A DNA stretch of 64,000 bases from NCBI GenBank assembly GCA_030704665.1, contig JAUYID010000009.1, positions 64,163 through 128,162 on the forward strand. Reading direction: 5' to 3'. The notes under the pieces are model-generated. The model was not told the origin of the DNA. It worked only from the letters and a program-made list of their open reading frames with translations, and did no database searches. The position numbers were made by a program, and so were the translations under genes. The stretch comes from a bacterium (GTDB lineage Bacteria > Patescibacteriota > Microgenomatia > Woykebacterales > RBG-16-39-9b). This document shows, piece by piece, positions 1 through 9,933 of this stretch; position 1 is the stretch's first letter, and every line of letters begins with the position of its first letter.

Positions 1-864
1 TGGAACTTAAGTCAGATAAAAATACCCAACTACAGTCGAGCAGAAGTCTTTCAAGTGGAAAAAAGGGCCGTCAGTGAAGCTGAGAGCAAAGCTTTGGCTA
101 GTCGGCTCGGTTTTGGTGATAAACCAAAAGAGGTAAAAACTCCAGGCGGTTCGCTTTGGCACTATCAGTCCTTTAATAAGATTCTTGATATCGTTGCCTC
201 GGCGGGCACAATCTCCTTTAAGGACGCGAATAAAATAAAAGCCATTTTTGCTAAAAACCTCAATAAGAGAATAAACCTTGTCCAAGCAACTGAAAAAGCT
301 AAAAACTTTCTTAATAGTTTGGGTTTGTTTTACGCTGATAAACCAGTTAGTTTGGAGGTAAGTAATGTCCTCTACTTTAATCCCCCAAAGGGAACTCTCG
401 ACATTAGTCACTACGGTACCACCGCGGACGACGCAACTGTAGTTTCGATCAGCTTTCAGAAAAAAGTTGCTGGTCTCCCAATCAGATTGCAAGGCGGAAG
501 TGATGAAGTTTCGGTGACGGTCACCCGCAATGACGAGGTCTCGGGCTTTTTCTTGAACAATCTGAAAGTGAAAAGCCTTTCGGCTCGCTATCCTTTGAAA
601 AAGGACGGGGAAGTAAGAAAGCAGCTTTTGGCCGGTAAAGGTACTTTGGTCGGCTATGTCAACCAAAGTCAGGATGGTGGCGGTTTTGTTGAAGCCAACC
701 CAACCTCAGTCTTTATCCAGACAGGGCAGTTAGCTTATTATAACGATTTGGAAACGGGCTACTTGCAGCCGGTCTTTGAATTTTCCGCGCAGGCAGTTAA
801 AAATAACCGTTTTTACGAGGCTCTAGTCGATTTACCTGCAGTTGATTCCAAGTATTTTAAATAA
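1..864 (+). CDS. Hypothetical secreted/surface protein, 5'-truncated by the window edge
   Basis: Frame 1 is open from base 1 to TAA at 862-864; no recognisable motif. Confidence 0.6.
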   Translation, partial: WNLSQIKIPNYSRAEVFQVEKRAVSEAESKALASRLGFGDKPKEVKTPGGSLWHYQSFNKILDIVASAGTISFKDANKIKAIFAKNLNKRINLVQATEKAKNFLNSLGLFYADKPVSLEVSNVLYFNPPKGTLDISHYGTTADDATVVSISFQKKVAGLPIRLQGGSDEVSVTVTRNDEVSGFFLNNLKVKSLSARYPLKKDGEVRKQLLAGKGTLVGYVNQSQDGGGFVEANPTSVFIQTGQLAYYNDLETGYLQPVFEFSAQAVKNNRFYEALVDLPAVDSKYFK

Positions 865-889
865 TCTTTGAAGCTCTGAAATTTAGGTT

Positions 890-1279
890 TTACGCTGGGC
901 AATTGATCCCACCTAAACCAGGGACACAGAAAGTGCCGATCTTGCCGATGCCGGTAAACTGGGCGATAAAACCGATGATCAAGTAACTAGCAATGATAAA
1001 GACCAGTCCAGCCACCGCCCAAAAAAGGGTCAGACGAGCTTGGGAAAGGGCCTTAGGGTCCCCCTGGGCGGTCATGTAGCGGAAACCCCCAATGATGAGG
1101 TAAATTAGGACTACGAAACCTGCAAGAATGGCAATCGCGTTGAGGACATTGCCAAAAAGAACGGTGAGCTGGTCAATATGGACATAGCCGTCCTTAGCGG
1201 TAACTTGAGCCGCGAAAGCGGGCTTGCCAAGTAAAAGGAAGGCGGGGAGAGCCGAAACTGTGGACAGGATCTTAGCCAT
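890..1279 (-). CDS. VirB2/TrbC-like (T4SS-pilin family) CPR pilin
   Basis: Signal peptide, two TM helices and the motif LIIGGFRYMTAQGDPKALSQAR. Confidence 0.8.
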   Translation of the reverse strand: MAKILSTVSALPAFLLLGKPAFAAQVTAKDGYVHIDQLTVLFGNVLNAIAILAGFVVLIYLIIGGFRYMTAQGDPKALSQARLTLFWAVAGLVFIIASYLIIGFIAQFTGIGKIGTFCVPGLGGINCPA

Positions 1280-2573
1280 GAATATATCTTCCCACAATAA
1301 AATAAAGCCGTCAAACTTGGTTTATTTTTTGAAAACGCAGGTTTGGCTAAAAGAAAAATACTTGCTTCTTGGACTTTTTTTCTTTGATTTTGGTTTGAGA
1401 CTCTTTCGCCTTTGGGAACCAGCCCAAGCCTATTTCGATGAGCAAGCCTATTATTTACCCGCCGCCCGTGGGTATCTTGAAGGCAACCCAAGTCTTAATT
1501 TGGAGCACCCTCCTCTAGCTAAGTTGCTCCTTGCTTTTTCAATAAAACTTTTTGGGGACAATTTTTTTGGCTGGAGGTTTTTTGGGGTTTTGCTGGCTAG
1601 TTTGAGTGTGGTGGTTCTTTACTTATTGACTAAAGAAATAACTAGGAGTAGGAAAGTTGCCTTTTTGGCTAGTAGTCTTCTTATTTTCGATTTTGGCTGG
1701 TTTGCTCTTTCGCGAGTCGGAACAATCGATATTTACTTAGCAAGTTTTTCTTTTTTGGGAGCTTACTTTGTCTTTAGGCTCTGGAGAGAAGGAAGAGTAC
1801 ACCACCTCGCTTTCGCTGGTCTAAGTTTGGGGGCAGCTTTTGCGTCCAAATGGAGTTCCGTACTGATTATTTTTTGGCTGATACTCTTTTTGCTTGTCTT
1901 CTGGAAAAAGAGTCTGCAGATAAAAATGCTGTCTTTGTTTGCAATCTTAGGACTGATTGGAGCGGTCTACTTGGCTAGTTACCTTCCTTTAATAGTTAAA
2001 CACGGTTGGGAGGGTTTTGTAGAAACCCACTTTTGGATGGTGCAGTACCATAACAATTTTGTTCCCAGTAAAACGGCTGAAGCACTTTCGGGGCTCAAAG
2101 GTAAATTTTACCCCTTTCCGGCTTGGAGCTGGCTGCTTGATCCGGTCTTCCCTTTCTTTGGGGAAGTTAGGGATGGTACGGTCCGGACGATCCTTTTCTT
2201 TTTTAACCCTTTGGTTTTGTGGGGGGGTTTTGCTTCCTTAACTTACTTAATTTGGGAACAGCGCCACAAAATTGATCCAGAAAAAATCTTCGTCATTGGC
2301 GCAGTCTTTTTCCTCTGGGCTCCTTGGTTAGCTAGTCCGCGCTACTCTCTTCATTACTATCTTTTGCCCGCCCTTCCCTTTCTCTGTTTTTGCTTTGCTT
2401 TGGGGATCAAAAAAGTTTGGCAGAGAAGTACTAGCCTAGCCTACAGTCTGGTTGCGGTCAGCCTACTTCTCTTTGTTGTCTATTACCCGCTCATTTCAGC
2501 ACTAAAGGTACCTTATTTTTACTCACGAATAGTTTCGGGAATTGTGGAATTTAAGAACGTACCGGGTAAATAG
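1278..2573 (+). CDS. PMT/ArnT-like GT-C membrane glycosyltransferase (protein O-mannosyltransferase family)
   Basis: YFDEQAYY, EHPPLAK, GWR and ASKW motifs; multi-TM; start codon uncertain. Confidence 0.8.
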   Translation: MNISSHNKIKPSNLVYFLKTQVWLKEKYLLLGLFFFDFGLRLFRLWEPAQAYFDEQAYYLPAARGYLEGNPSLNLEHPPLAKLLLAFSIKLFGDNFFGWRFFGVLLASLSVVVLYLLTKEITRSRKVAFLASSLLIFDFGWFALSRVGTIDIYLASFSFLGAYFVFRLWREGRVHHLAFAGLSLGAAFASKWSSVLIIFWLILFLLVFWKKSLQIKMLSLFAILGLIGAVYLASYLPLIVKHGWEGFVETHFWMVQYHNNFVPSKTAEALSGLKGKFYPFPAWSWLLDPVFPFFGEVRDGTVRTILFFFNPLVLWGGFASLTYLIWEQRHKIDPEKIFVIGAVFFLWAPWLASPRYSLHYYLLPALPFLCFCFALGIKKVWQRSTSLAYSLVAVSLLLFVVYYPLISALKVPYFYSRIVSGIVEFKNVPGK

Positions 2574-2582
2574 GAAACCTTT

Positions 2583-2987
2583 TTAGGTGGTACAAGGAGC
2601 AGTGCCAACCCCAGCAGTTCTGGTGGCTCCGGGAAAGACAAAGCTAAAGATGTTGATTCCGAGTACGCTAGCCAAAATCAAGGTAATAGCGAAAGCGGCC
2701 ACCACAATCAGAAGACCAACAACGGCCGAAGTGATTCGGTCTCGAGCTGCTTGAGCAGCAGCTTTGTCTCCACCAGCGGTGATCCACTGAATACCGCCAA
2801 TGACGATAAAGACAAAGGCGAGAAGTCCGGCAACAAAGAAAAGAAGGAGCAAGACGTTGGAAATGATTTTACCCAAATTGTAGAAAGGAATTTGGGTTGA
2901 ATCAAAAGAAATACAAGCGGCATAGGCACTGCGAGCAAAAGCTAAAGGAGCTAAAAGTGCCGGTGCAGCGTAGAGCAGTTTTTTCAT
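2583..2987 (-). CDS. VirB2/TrbC-like CPR pilin
   Basis: IGGIQWITAGGDKAAAQAARDRIT motif between two TM helices. Confidence 0.8.
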   Translation of the reverse strand: MKKLLYAAPALLAPLAFARSAYAACISFDSTQIPFYNLGKIISNVLLLLFFVAGLLAFVFIVIGGIQWITAGGDKAAAQAARDRITSAVVGLLIVVAAFAITLILASVLGINIFSFVFPGATRTAGVGTAPCTT

Positions 2988-3043
2988 TAATTTAAGATTA
3001 ATGCTAAGGGTCATTTCTTGTCAAGTAGTTAGTTGCTTGCTTC

Positions 3044-3361
3044 TCAAGGAGCAGGTGGGGGTTCGACACTGGAGAAGTTAAAGCCAAAGATATTTAGTCC
3101 CAGAACCGCTCCCACGATCAGGGTAATCGCGAAGGCTGCAACTACAATTATCAGACCAATGATTGAGTTGGTGATTCTCGTTCGGGCAGCGGCAACGTTT
3201 TTTGGATCCCCACCGGCCGAAATCCACTGGATTCCACCGATGAGCAAATTGGCAAAAAAAGCTAGACCGGCGACAAAATAGGCCAGAAAAAGCAGGACCC
3301 GAAGGATTTGGCCCAAATTGGTAAAACCGCTTAAATTGACGACGTTGAATTGAAAAAGCAT
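3044..3361 (-). CDS. VirB2/TrbC-like CPR pilin
   Basis: IGGIQWISAGGDPKNVAAAR motif. Confidence 0.8.
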   Translation of the reverse strand: MLFQFNVVNLSGFTNLGQILRVLLFLAYFVAGLAFFANLLIGGIQWISAGGDPKNVAAARTRITNSIIGLIIVVAAFAITLIVGAVLGLNIFGFNFSSVEPPPAP

Positions 3362-3362
3362 G

Positions 3363-3659
3363 TTAAATAACAGCAATACCCGGAATTCTAAAAATTGTGG
3401 CGATTAGTTGCAGTATTAAAACCGCCGCCACAACAATGACGATACCGATCACCGCCCGGGTGATGGTCTTTTGACCCTCGGCGGCGGCTTTTTCATCTCC
3501 ACCCGCGGTCAGAAAACGAAAACCTCCAACCAGTAACATGGCAAAGAAAACCAACCCAGAAGCTCCTAGTGCAAGTGAATAGAGGCTCTTAATAAACGTA
3601 TCTGGATTTAAGTTTAATCCCAGAAGACCGACGTTAATTTTCCCGATATAGTCTGGCAT
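3363..3659 (-). CDS. VirB2/TrbC-like CPR pilin
   Basis: VGGFRFLTAGGDEKAAAEG motif. Confidence 0.8.
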   Translation of the reverse strand: MPDYIGKINVGLLGLNLNPDTFIKSLYSLALGASGLVFFAMLLVGGFRFLTAGGDEKAAAEGQKTITRAVIGIVIVVAAVLILQLIATIFRIPGIAVI

Positions 3660-3661
3660 GA

Positions 3662-3988
3662 TTAAAAAGGTAGTCGTGTTCCGGTGTAGTTGGCGAGCCG
3701 GAAGACTATTTGAATTATGATGAAAGCCGCTAAAATTATCAACAGCCCAATCCCCGCGTTGGTAATCGTTTGTCTTGCTTCTCCAAGCGCTTTGTCGTCC
3801 CCGCGAGAAGTCATAAAGCGGATCCCGCCCCAGATGAGTAGAAAGAAAAAGACGACTCCGGCCGCCCCGAGAGCAAAATTGATTATAAAAGTGAGAAGGT
3901 TGCCGAGACTATCAAAAATTCGGGCCGGGGCGAAGGCAGTTCTTAAATCAATTCCTTGAGCGTTGACCGGGGAAGCAAAGGGTGTCAT
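3662..3988 (-). CDS. VirB2/TrbC-like CPR pilin
   Basis: WGGIRFMTSRGDDKALGEAR motif. Confidence 0.8.
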   Translation of the reverse strand: MTPFASPVNAQGIDLRTAFAPARIFDSLGNLLTFIINFALGAAGVVFFFLLIWGGIRFMTSRGDDKALGEARQTITNAGIGLLIILAAFIIIQIVFRLANYTGTRLPF

Positions 3989-4374
3989 GGCACGACGCTC
4001 CCAGTGAAGATATTGTAATGAAGAACTTCTTGAATGATAAAACCGATGACGCCGACGGAGAGAATTATAAGTAAACCAATTATCGCTCCGGTGATGGTGG
4101 AACGGGCAGCGCCAACTGCCTTGGGATCTCCCTGGGCGGTCATGTATTTAAAGCCACCCCAAATCAAAAGCAGAGTAGCCACCATACCGGCCAAAACAAT
4201 TACCGTTGGCAGAAGGAGGGTGAGAATGTTGCCCAAATTTAAGCCTGAGCCAAACTTCGTCTCCAGAGGATCAGTGATATCGTTGAGTGTAGGAAAATCG
4301 CCGGCAAGGGTTGAGCTCGCACTGAGAAAATAAGCAGCGAAAATTGGAAGGCTAAAGAAAAGTTTTTTCTTCAT
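3985..4374 (-). CDS. VirB2/TrbC-like CPR pilin
   Basis: WGGFKYMTAQGDPKAVGAAR motif; signal peptide. Confidence 0.8.
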   Translation of the reverse strand: MKKKLFFSLPIFAAYFLSASSTLAGDFPTLNDITDPLETKFGSGLNLGNILTLLLPTVIVLAGMVATLLLIWGGFKYMTAQGDPKAVGAARSTITGAIIGLLIILSVGVIGFIIQEVLHYNIFTGSVVP

Positions 4375-4378
4375 TGTC

Positions 4379-5290
4379 TTAGCCCAAAGGTAAACCAAGG
4401 ACGGTGATACCGATTAGACGCAGCAGGAAAACCGCAAAGATGGCAAAGAGTAAGCCGGTGATCGCGGCGGTGATGACACCCCGGGTTTCCTGGAGAGCTT
4501 TGGGGTCTCCTTGACTGGAGACTAGGCGTATTCCTCCGTAGAGGAGGACAAGGAAAGAAATTCCCCCAACCAAACCTAAAAAGAGGGAAAGCATGCCCTG
4601 GACAAAGCCTTTGACGGTCGGGCAAGAAGTAAAGCCCAGAGAAACTTTATCACAGTCACCGGTTGGGCTGCCGAAAGCAGCGTCAAGGGTTTGAGGTACT
4701 GGTGGTACGTCGAGTTCTTTTTGGTCGGAAACTAAAGATATCGTCAAAGCGGTTTGACAGCTGATCGAATCCTTTAGAGAACCTCCTGGAGAGGCCGGAT
4801 TGTCCATAGAAGGGTTTTCCAGAGTGACGGTGTGTTCCCCATAGTGGACGGCGGCAAAACCCTTAAATTTTACTGCTAGGTAACGTCCAGCTAAAGTAGC
4901 ACTGCCCTTATAGGTCAAAATGACTCCATTGTCCAAAGTTTCCTGTCCGGTTAGGTCAGTTTTGATGCGTAAACTCATTTTCCGTGGGGTGCCTTGGAAG
5001 TGGTCGTAAAAATCCCAGTAAATATTGGGCGGGTAAACTTCATCATCTTGGGGAGTGAGTCTTGTATCGACGTAATATGTGAAATTGACAGTAGCAGACG
5101 TATCGTCATCGCTGGGGAAGGGTACGTAGTAAAGAGCTGATTTGTCGATTTTTAGCGATGGGGCGTTGGGAGTGACACTCCAACTACAAATGTCAGTTGC
5201 TGCCTGGACTGGAGATGGTTCCACCAAGAAAAAGAAATTGGCCAGGAAAACAAAGCTTAAAAGAAAGGCAAGAAAAAATTTCTTAGGCAT
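4379..5290 (-). CDS. Extended pilin: N-terminal extracellular domain plus C-terminal VirB2-like pilin domain
   Basis: Signal peptide, ~190 aa Cys-containing domain, then YGGIRLVSSQGDPKALQETR. Confidence 0.75.
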   Translation of the reverse strand: MPKKFFLAFLLSFVFLANFFFLVEPSPVQAATDICSWSVTPNAPSLKIDKSALYYVPFPSDDDTSATVNFTYYVDTRLTPQDDEVYPPNIYWDFYDHFQGTPRKMSLRIKTDLTGQETLDNGVILTYKGSATLAGRYLAVKFKGFAAVHYGEHTVTLENPSMDNPASPGGSLKDSISCQTALTISLVSDQKELDVPPVPQTLDAAFGSPTGDCDKVSLGFTSCPTVKGFVQGMLSLFLGLVGGISFLVLLYGGIRLVSSQGDPKALQETRGVITAAITGLLFAIFAVFLLRLIGITVLGLPLG

Positions 5291-5395
5291 TAAACCTATT
5301 TTAGGCCAAAAGGGACAAGAAAGTCAAAAGTTCCTGACCGCCGAGCGTGACAATTTGATTTCTGAAGCAAATTCAGCTATGATGGATTCTCTTGC

Positions 5396-7159
5396 ATGAA
5401 AAAGACTTTGGGTCTTTTGGCTCTTCTCCTCATCAGTACTCTTTTTATCAAAACTGTCTCTGCAGATCAGCTTGACGATGTCCAAAACCAAATCAAGAAA
5501 AAAAACTCCGAGTATACCTCGGCCCAAAGAGCGCTAGCTCAGATTCAAAAGGACCTCGCCTCAATCGGTGGAGCCCTGCAGGGAACTCAAAGTCAGCTCG
5601 ACAGTGCCAATACGCAGATCGACTCCGCTAAGGACGAGCTAAAGAAAATCGAAAAGACGATTCTTTCCAAACAGAAAAGCCTGGATTATTTGACCAAAGT
5701 GCGCAACCAACAGATTCGCTCGATTTATACTCATCCACAGTTAAGCGGTTTGGAGTTAATTTTTTCTTCAGGGAATCTTTCCCGTCTGCCGGAAATTGGG
5801 GTTTATCAAAGTAAGGTGGTCGGAGATTCTCAGGGAATGATCAAACTGGTCAACCGTGAGCTAGCTGACTTTAAAAAAACGCAAACAGAAATCGTCAAGG
5901 CCAAAACCGATCTAGAATCTTTAGCTAGTCAGATCAGCTCTAAGCTAGCTGCTTTGGAGGGAAGCTACTATTCGACTGCAAGTGTGCAGAACAGTTTGAA
6001 CAACCAAGTCAAACAAATTCGCCGGACTCTAACTAACCTCAACAAGCAACAAAAGGAACTTATCGCTGCCAAATACGGCATCACCTCCTCCCCAATTGGC
6101 AGTGTGCCGCCGACGGGAGACCCGAATTCGCAAAAAAACTTTAACCCTCCTTTCAGACCTGCCTTTGCCATCTTCTCCTTTGGTGCTTATACCCACCGCA
6201 ACGGGATGAGCCAATATGGGGCTCTCGGTCGAGCCAGCAAAGGGCAAAGTGCGCAGCAAATCTTGAAAGCATACTATCCGGGCACGACTCTTAATAAGAG
6301 CTATCCTGTGCCCGCAACCATTAAAGTCAATGGTACGAATGAATATGGGCAGACTTTTAACAATGTCACCTACACTTTCGACGAATACTTGATGCGCCTC
6401 TATGAAGTTCCTTCTTATTGGAACGATTTGTACGCTGGTAAAGGAAAACAGGTTTTGCGGGCTCAGGCGGTTGCGGCACGGAGTTATGCGATCCGTTACG
6501 GATCTCCGATCTGCCCTTCACAAAGTTGCCAGGTTGTAAAAAAAGAAAAAAACTCGGCCGCCTGGCAACAAGCGGTCAAGGACACCAAAAACTGGGTTCT
6601 GACCGGAGGTAGTGGTAGTTTTCAGTATTCGTCAACTTCAGGGGGTTATTTAAACACCTCGGGTTGGGATACGACTTGCCACGGCTTTAGCTGTTGGCTT
6701 TCCGGGGGAGCCTACGAAGCAATCGGCGGCTCGCCTTGGTTTTACAAAGGTTGGTACAAAGATCTCAACGGGGCTCGTTGTGGACGCAGCCACCCCTGGC
6801 TGACCAAGGCAGAGTTTACGGATCTACTAAATTCCTGGGTTGTCTACACCAAAGGTAGTGGGTCAGACCAAGCCCGGGTGATTTCGATTGACTACAAGTC
6901 TTGTTGGGGAGGAACGGCCAGTCCCTATTCTTTGAGCCAAATGAAGACGCGAGCTGGTCAACTCGGGGGAAGTTACACTAGTGTATCTACAGCTTCGGTT
7001 ACTTACAGTGGTTCGGGCTTTACCAGCAAAGCGAAGTTTGTCACCAACCGCGGTTATTTAGAGATTGACGGACAGGTGTTTTCTGACATTCTAAATTTAC
7101 GTTTGCCGGGAAAGCTAGCGGTCAAAACACCTCTTTACAATATTGAATCGAGATTTTAA
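5396..7159 (+). CDS. Coiled-coil plus SpoIID/LytB-domain peptidoglycan-acting protein
   Basis: Signal peptide, long coiled coil, HRNGMSQYGA, ILKAYYPG and LRAQAVAARSYA motifs. Confidence 0.8.
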   Translation: MKKTLGLLALLLISTLFIKTVSADQLDDVQNQIKKKNSEYTSAQRALAQIQKDLASIGGALQGTQSQLDSANTQIDSAKDELKKIEKTILSKQKSLDYLTKVRNQQIRSIYTHPQLSGLELIFSSGNLSRLPEIGVYQSKVVGDSQGMIKLVNRELADFKKTQTEIVKAKTDLESLASQISSKLAALEGSYYSTASVQNSLNNQVKQIRRTLTNLNKQQKELIAAKYGITSSPIGSVPPTGDPNSQKNFNPPFRPAFAIFSFGAYTHRNGMSQYGALGRASKGQSAQQILKAYYPGTTLNKSYPVPATIKVNGTNEYGQTFNNVTYTFDEYLMRLYEVPSYWNDLYAGKGKQVLRAQAVAARSYAIRYGSPICPSQSCQVVKKEKNSAAWQQAVKDTKNWVLTGGSGSFQYSSTSGGYLNTSGWDTTCHGFSCWLSGGAYEAIGGSPWFYKGWYKDLNGARCGRSHPWLTKAEFTDLLNSWVVYTKGSGSDQARVISIDYKSCWGGTASPYSLSQMKTRAGQLGGSYTSVSTASVTYSGSGFTSKAKFVTNRGYLEIDGQVFSDILNLRLPGKLAVKTPLYNIESRF

Positions 7160-7225
7160 ACCGAATCGAACTTTACCTACCAAGTCACGGTTGTTAAAAT
7201 AAGGTAACTTAAATAAAAGTAAAAT

Positions 7226-7771
7226 ATGTCTGAGACCGATTTGTCTTCCTGCCGTTTTGAGACGCAAGGGCCAGATGAGAAAATTGAACTGCTGTTGCGG
7301 GCTCACGAAATCACCAATTTAGGTTGGATTGTTAGTGTGGTCGTGCTCGCCTTTTTTGGGCTGGGTTTTTTTCTTTTTAGTTTGACGCTTGATTCCCCCT
7401 TCTCAACTTTGCAGTCGGCCCTTCTTTTGGTTGTTTGGCTACTTTTGCTGATCGGTTTTGCCTTGCAACGCTATCTCTATTGGTTTTTTAATGTTTACCT
7501 GGTCACCAACAAAAAAATAGTTGATGTTGATTTTCTCAACCTTTTTTACAAACAGATTTCTGAAACTCCACTGGAAAACATTCAGGACAGTACCTATCGA
7601 GCGGCTGGTTTTTTCCAAAACCACTTTGATTACGGTGATTTGATGATCCAAACCGCTGGTGAGACGGAAAATTTTGAATTTTTGAATATTCCTGATCCAG
7701 ATGGAGTCCAAGAAAAAATCATGGATTTATCAGCGCAAGCCAAAAAAGTTTTGGGAAGGAACCCCCTTTAG
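7226..7771 (+). CDS. Membrane protein with bacterial PH domain
   Basis: Two TM helices followed by YLVTNKKIVD...FDYGDLMIQTAG. Confidence 0.7.
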   Translation: MSETDLSSCRFETQGPDEKIELLLRAHEITNLGWIVSVVVLAFFGLGFFLFSLTLDSPFSTLQSALLLVVWLLLLIGFALQRYLYWFFNVYLVTNKKIVDVDFLNLFYKQISETPLENIQDSTYRAAGFFQNHFDYGDLMIQTAGETENFEFLNIPDPDGVQEKIMDLSAQAKKVLGRNPL

Positions 7772-7773
7772 CT

Positions 7774-8013
7774 ATGGAATTCGATCTCTTAAGCACTCTT
7801 CCCTTGACCGGGACGCAGCTTAGTCTAGTTTTTAAGACAGTTTTGATCGTCTTTTTGTTGGTCTATCTTCTAATTTCTTTTTTGGTTTCAAGACAGATTC
7901 AAGTCATGAACAAGGTTTTAACTACCGCCGATCACGGTAAGATTACTGCCTACGGAAACCTTAATTTGCTCCTCGCTCTAGCCGTTTTAATACTAGTAAT
8001 CATTTTTTTCTAA
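7774..8013 (+). CDS. Small two-TM membrane protein (DUF5657-like)
   Basis: Hydrophobic 79 aa ORF with RQIQVMN motif, in operon context. Confidence 0.55.
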   Translation: MEFDLLSTLPLTGTQLSLVFKTVLIVFLLVYLLISFLVSRQIQVMNKVLTTADHGKITAYGNLNLLLALAVLILVIIFF

Positions 8014-9933
8014 ATGGGAAAAGCACTCAACGTCGAATTTAAACTCAGTAAGGGTAAAAAAAGCGAGAACACTTTTTTTACATCAAGTGTCAATGAAGAC
8101 TTGGAGGGCGTTGGCGCGGGACAAAAAGGAACTTTGGCGATTTTGCTCTCGATCAGCGGCGAAGGAGATTTCGAGGAAAGGGCTAGAAGTTTGGTCAAAA
8201 AATTTGAAGATGAATACCTCAAACCGAGAGAGGGGACCGTTCTCACCTGCCTTGAAGCAGCCTTAAGAAGTATGCAGGAAGAGACGAAAGATGAAAATTT
8301 CCTCTTGGAAATCACTACAGCAGTAGTTTGGGGCCTGGTGCTTTATGTCGGTAAACTTGGGGAAACCCAGATCTTTCTTTCTCGGGACAAAGTGAGCAAA
8401 CCAATAAAATTTAAATTTGTGGCAAGCGGAATGCTTAATGACGCTGATACGCTTGCCTTGGTCAACAGCGCTTTTGCAAAAGCAGTTTCCGAAGAAGAGC
8501 TTTCTTTGATTTTAGGTCGGGACAGTCTTGAGGAAGTAAAGCTGAAACTGGATCAAACTCAAGAATCTTCTCCTGGCAGCGCCTGTCTTCTTCTGCGTAT
8601 GAAGCTTGAAGAAGTTGGGGTTGAGGAAGTACCAATTACTTTTCTGGATTCAGATAAAAAAACTTTCAGCACTAGCCTCGCCGTCAAAGAAAAACTTGAC
8701 TTAGTTGTCAGGTTTTCCACAGTAGTTTTTGGAAAAGTTAAGGCCACTGCTTCCCCAATCTGGGAGAGAATTAAACCTTTTTTTGCTCAAGTGGCAAGGA
8801 AATTGTATGAGCCTTGGCGAAGAAAGCAACCCGGCGAAATTTTTAATGAGAAGGCACGTCAGAAATTGCGGCTTCTTGAAGTTGGGACTGTCTTGGCGTT
8901 GATTTTAATTTTCAGTTTAGGTCTGTCCTTTTTAAGATCGAGAAATCAGGAAAAAACTGAACAGTTTCAGGCCTTGGTTAACCAGGTAAAGGAAAAAATC
9001 ACCCAGGCCAAGGAAAGTCTGGTTGTTGATCCCAGTTTGGGGCAAATTCAAATTTCACAAGGAAGAGACTTGCTCTCCCAAGCTGAAAAACTTTCTTCAA
9101 CTGCGGAAACCGAGAGCCTGGAGAAGCAGCTAAATAGCCTTGAAAAGGAGAGCCAGCGGGTCTATTCGCCAAGCGCCCTTAAAGAGGTGACAGACCTTTC
9201 TAGTCTTGGCTTTACTAGCAGTCAAATTGTGCTCGCGGACGACTTTTTGATTGCTCTAGACACTGGAAAGAGTTTGCTAGCTAAGTTTAAGCTAAGTACC
9301 TCAAAAAGATTTTCTGTTGCTACTGCTGGCAGAAAGTTTAAAAACTTAGCTTCTCTCGATGGGGATCTTTATCTTTTGACCGCGGGGCAGGTTTTTGACT
9401 ACAACCCAAGTGACAATTCTAGCAATCAAGTGTTGAGGGGGGAAAGTTTTGGCTCAGAAATAGTTGATGGTGCAATCTATTCTTCAAACCTCTACCTTCT
9501 TGACAAAGAAAAGAAGCAGGTCTGGAAATATTTGAAATTTGGCGCCGGGCTGACTTCAGCTCGGAGTTACTTCACCTCCACCCCACCGGACTTGACCAAG
9601 GCAACAGGTTTGGCGATTGATGGCAGTGTTTGGATCGGGACCTCAGAGGGATCGGTCTACAAGTTTTTGACTGGAAAAAGGCAGGACTTTGAACTTTTTG
9701 GTGCCCCGGAAGACCTTTCAATCAGCAAAATTGTTACTAACGAGAAAACCAAGAATTTGTATCTCCTTGATGCTAGCAAGGGAAGAGTAGTAATATTCGA
9801 CAAAGCTGGGGATTATTTAGCTAGTTATGAGTCTGAGAAAATTAAAGATGCAGCCAGTCTGGTTGTTTCGGAAAAACAAAAAACTATCTACTTTAGCCGG
9901 CAAGCAAAAATTTTCAGCTTCAGAATCAAATGA
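8014..9933 (+). CDS. Membrane protein: degenerate PP2C-like N-terminus, TM helix, C-terminal NHL-like beta-propeller
   Basis: Central TM; repeats such as NLYLLD, LAIDGSVWI and GRVVIFDKAG. Confidence 0.55.
   Translation: MGKALNVEFKLSKGKKSENTFFTSSVNEDLEGVGAGQKGTLAILLSISGEGDFEERARSLVKKFEDEYLKPREGTVLTCLEAALRSMQEETKDENFLLEITTAVVWGLVLYVGKLGETQIFLSRDKVSKPIKFKFVASGMLNDADTLALVNSAFAKAVSEEELSLILGRDSLEEVKLKLDQTQESSPGSACLLLRMKLEEVGVEEVPITFLDSDKKTFSTSLAVKEKLDLVVRFSTVVFGKVKATASPIWERIKPFFAQVARKLYEPWRRKQPGEIFNEKARQKLRLLEVGTVLALILIFSLGLSFLRSRNQEKTEQFQALVNQVKEKITQAKESLVVDPSLGQIQISQGRDLLSQAEKLSSTAETESLEKQLNSLEKESQRVYSPSALKEVTDLSSLGFTSSQIVLADDFLIALDTGKSLLAKFKLSTSKRFSVATAGRKFKNLASLDGDLYLLTAGQVFDYNPSDNSSNQVLRGESFGSEIVDGAIYSSNLYLLDKEKKQVWKYLKFGAGLTSARSYFTSTPPDLTKATGLAIDGSVWIGTSEGSVYKFLTGKRQDFELFGAPEDLSISKIVTNEKTKNLYLLDASKGRVVIFDKAGDYLASYESEKIKDAASLVVSEKQKTIYFSRQAKIFSFRIK

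Noticed and set aside
890-5290. Conjugative T4SS or ICE
   Set aside because: Only pilin-like genes are present; no VirB4, coupling protein or relaxase in the window
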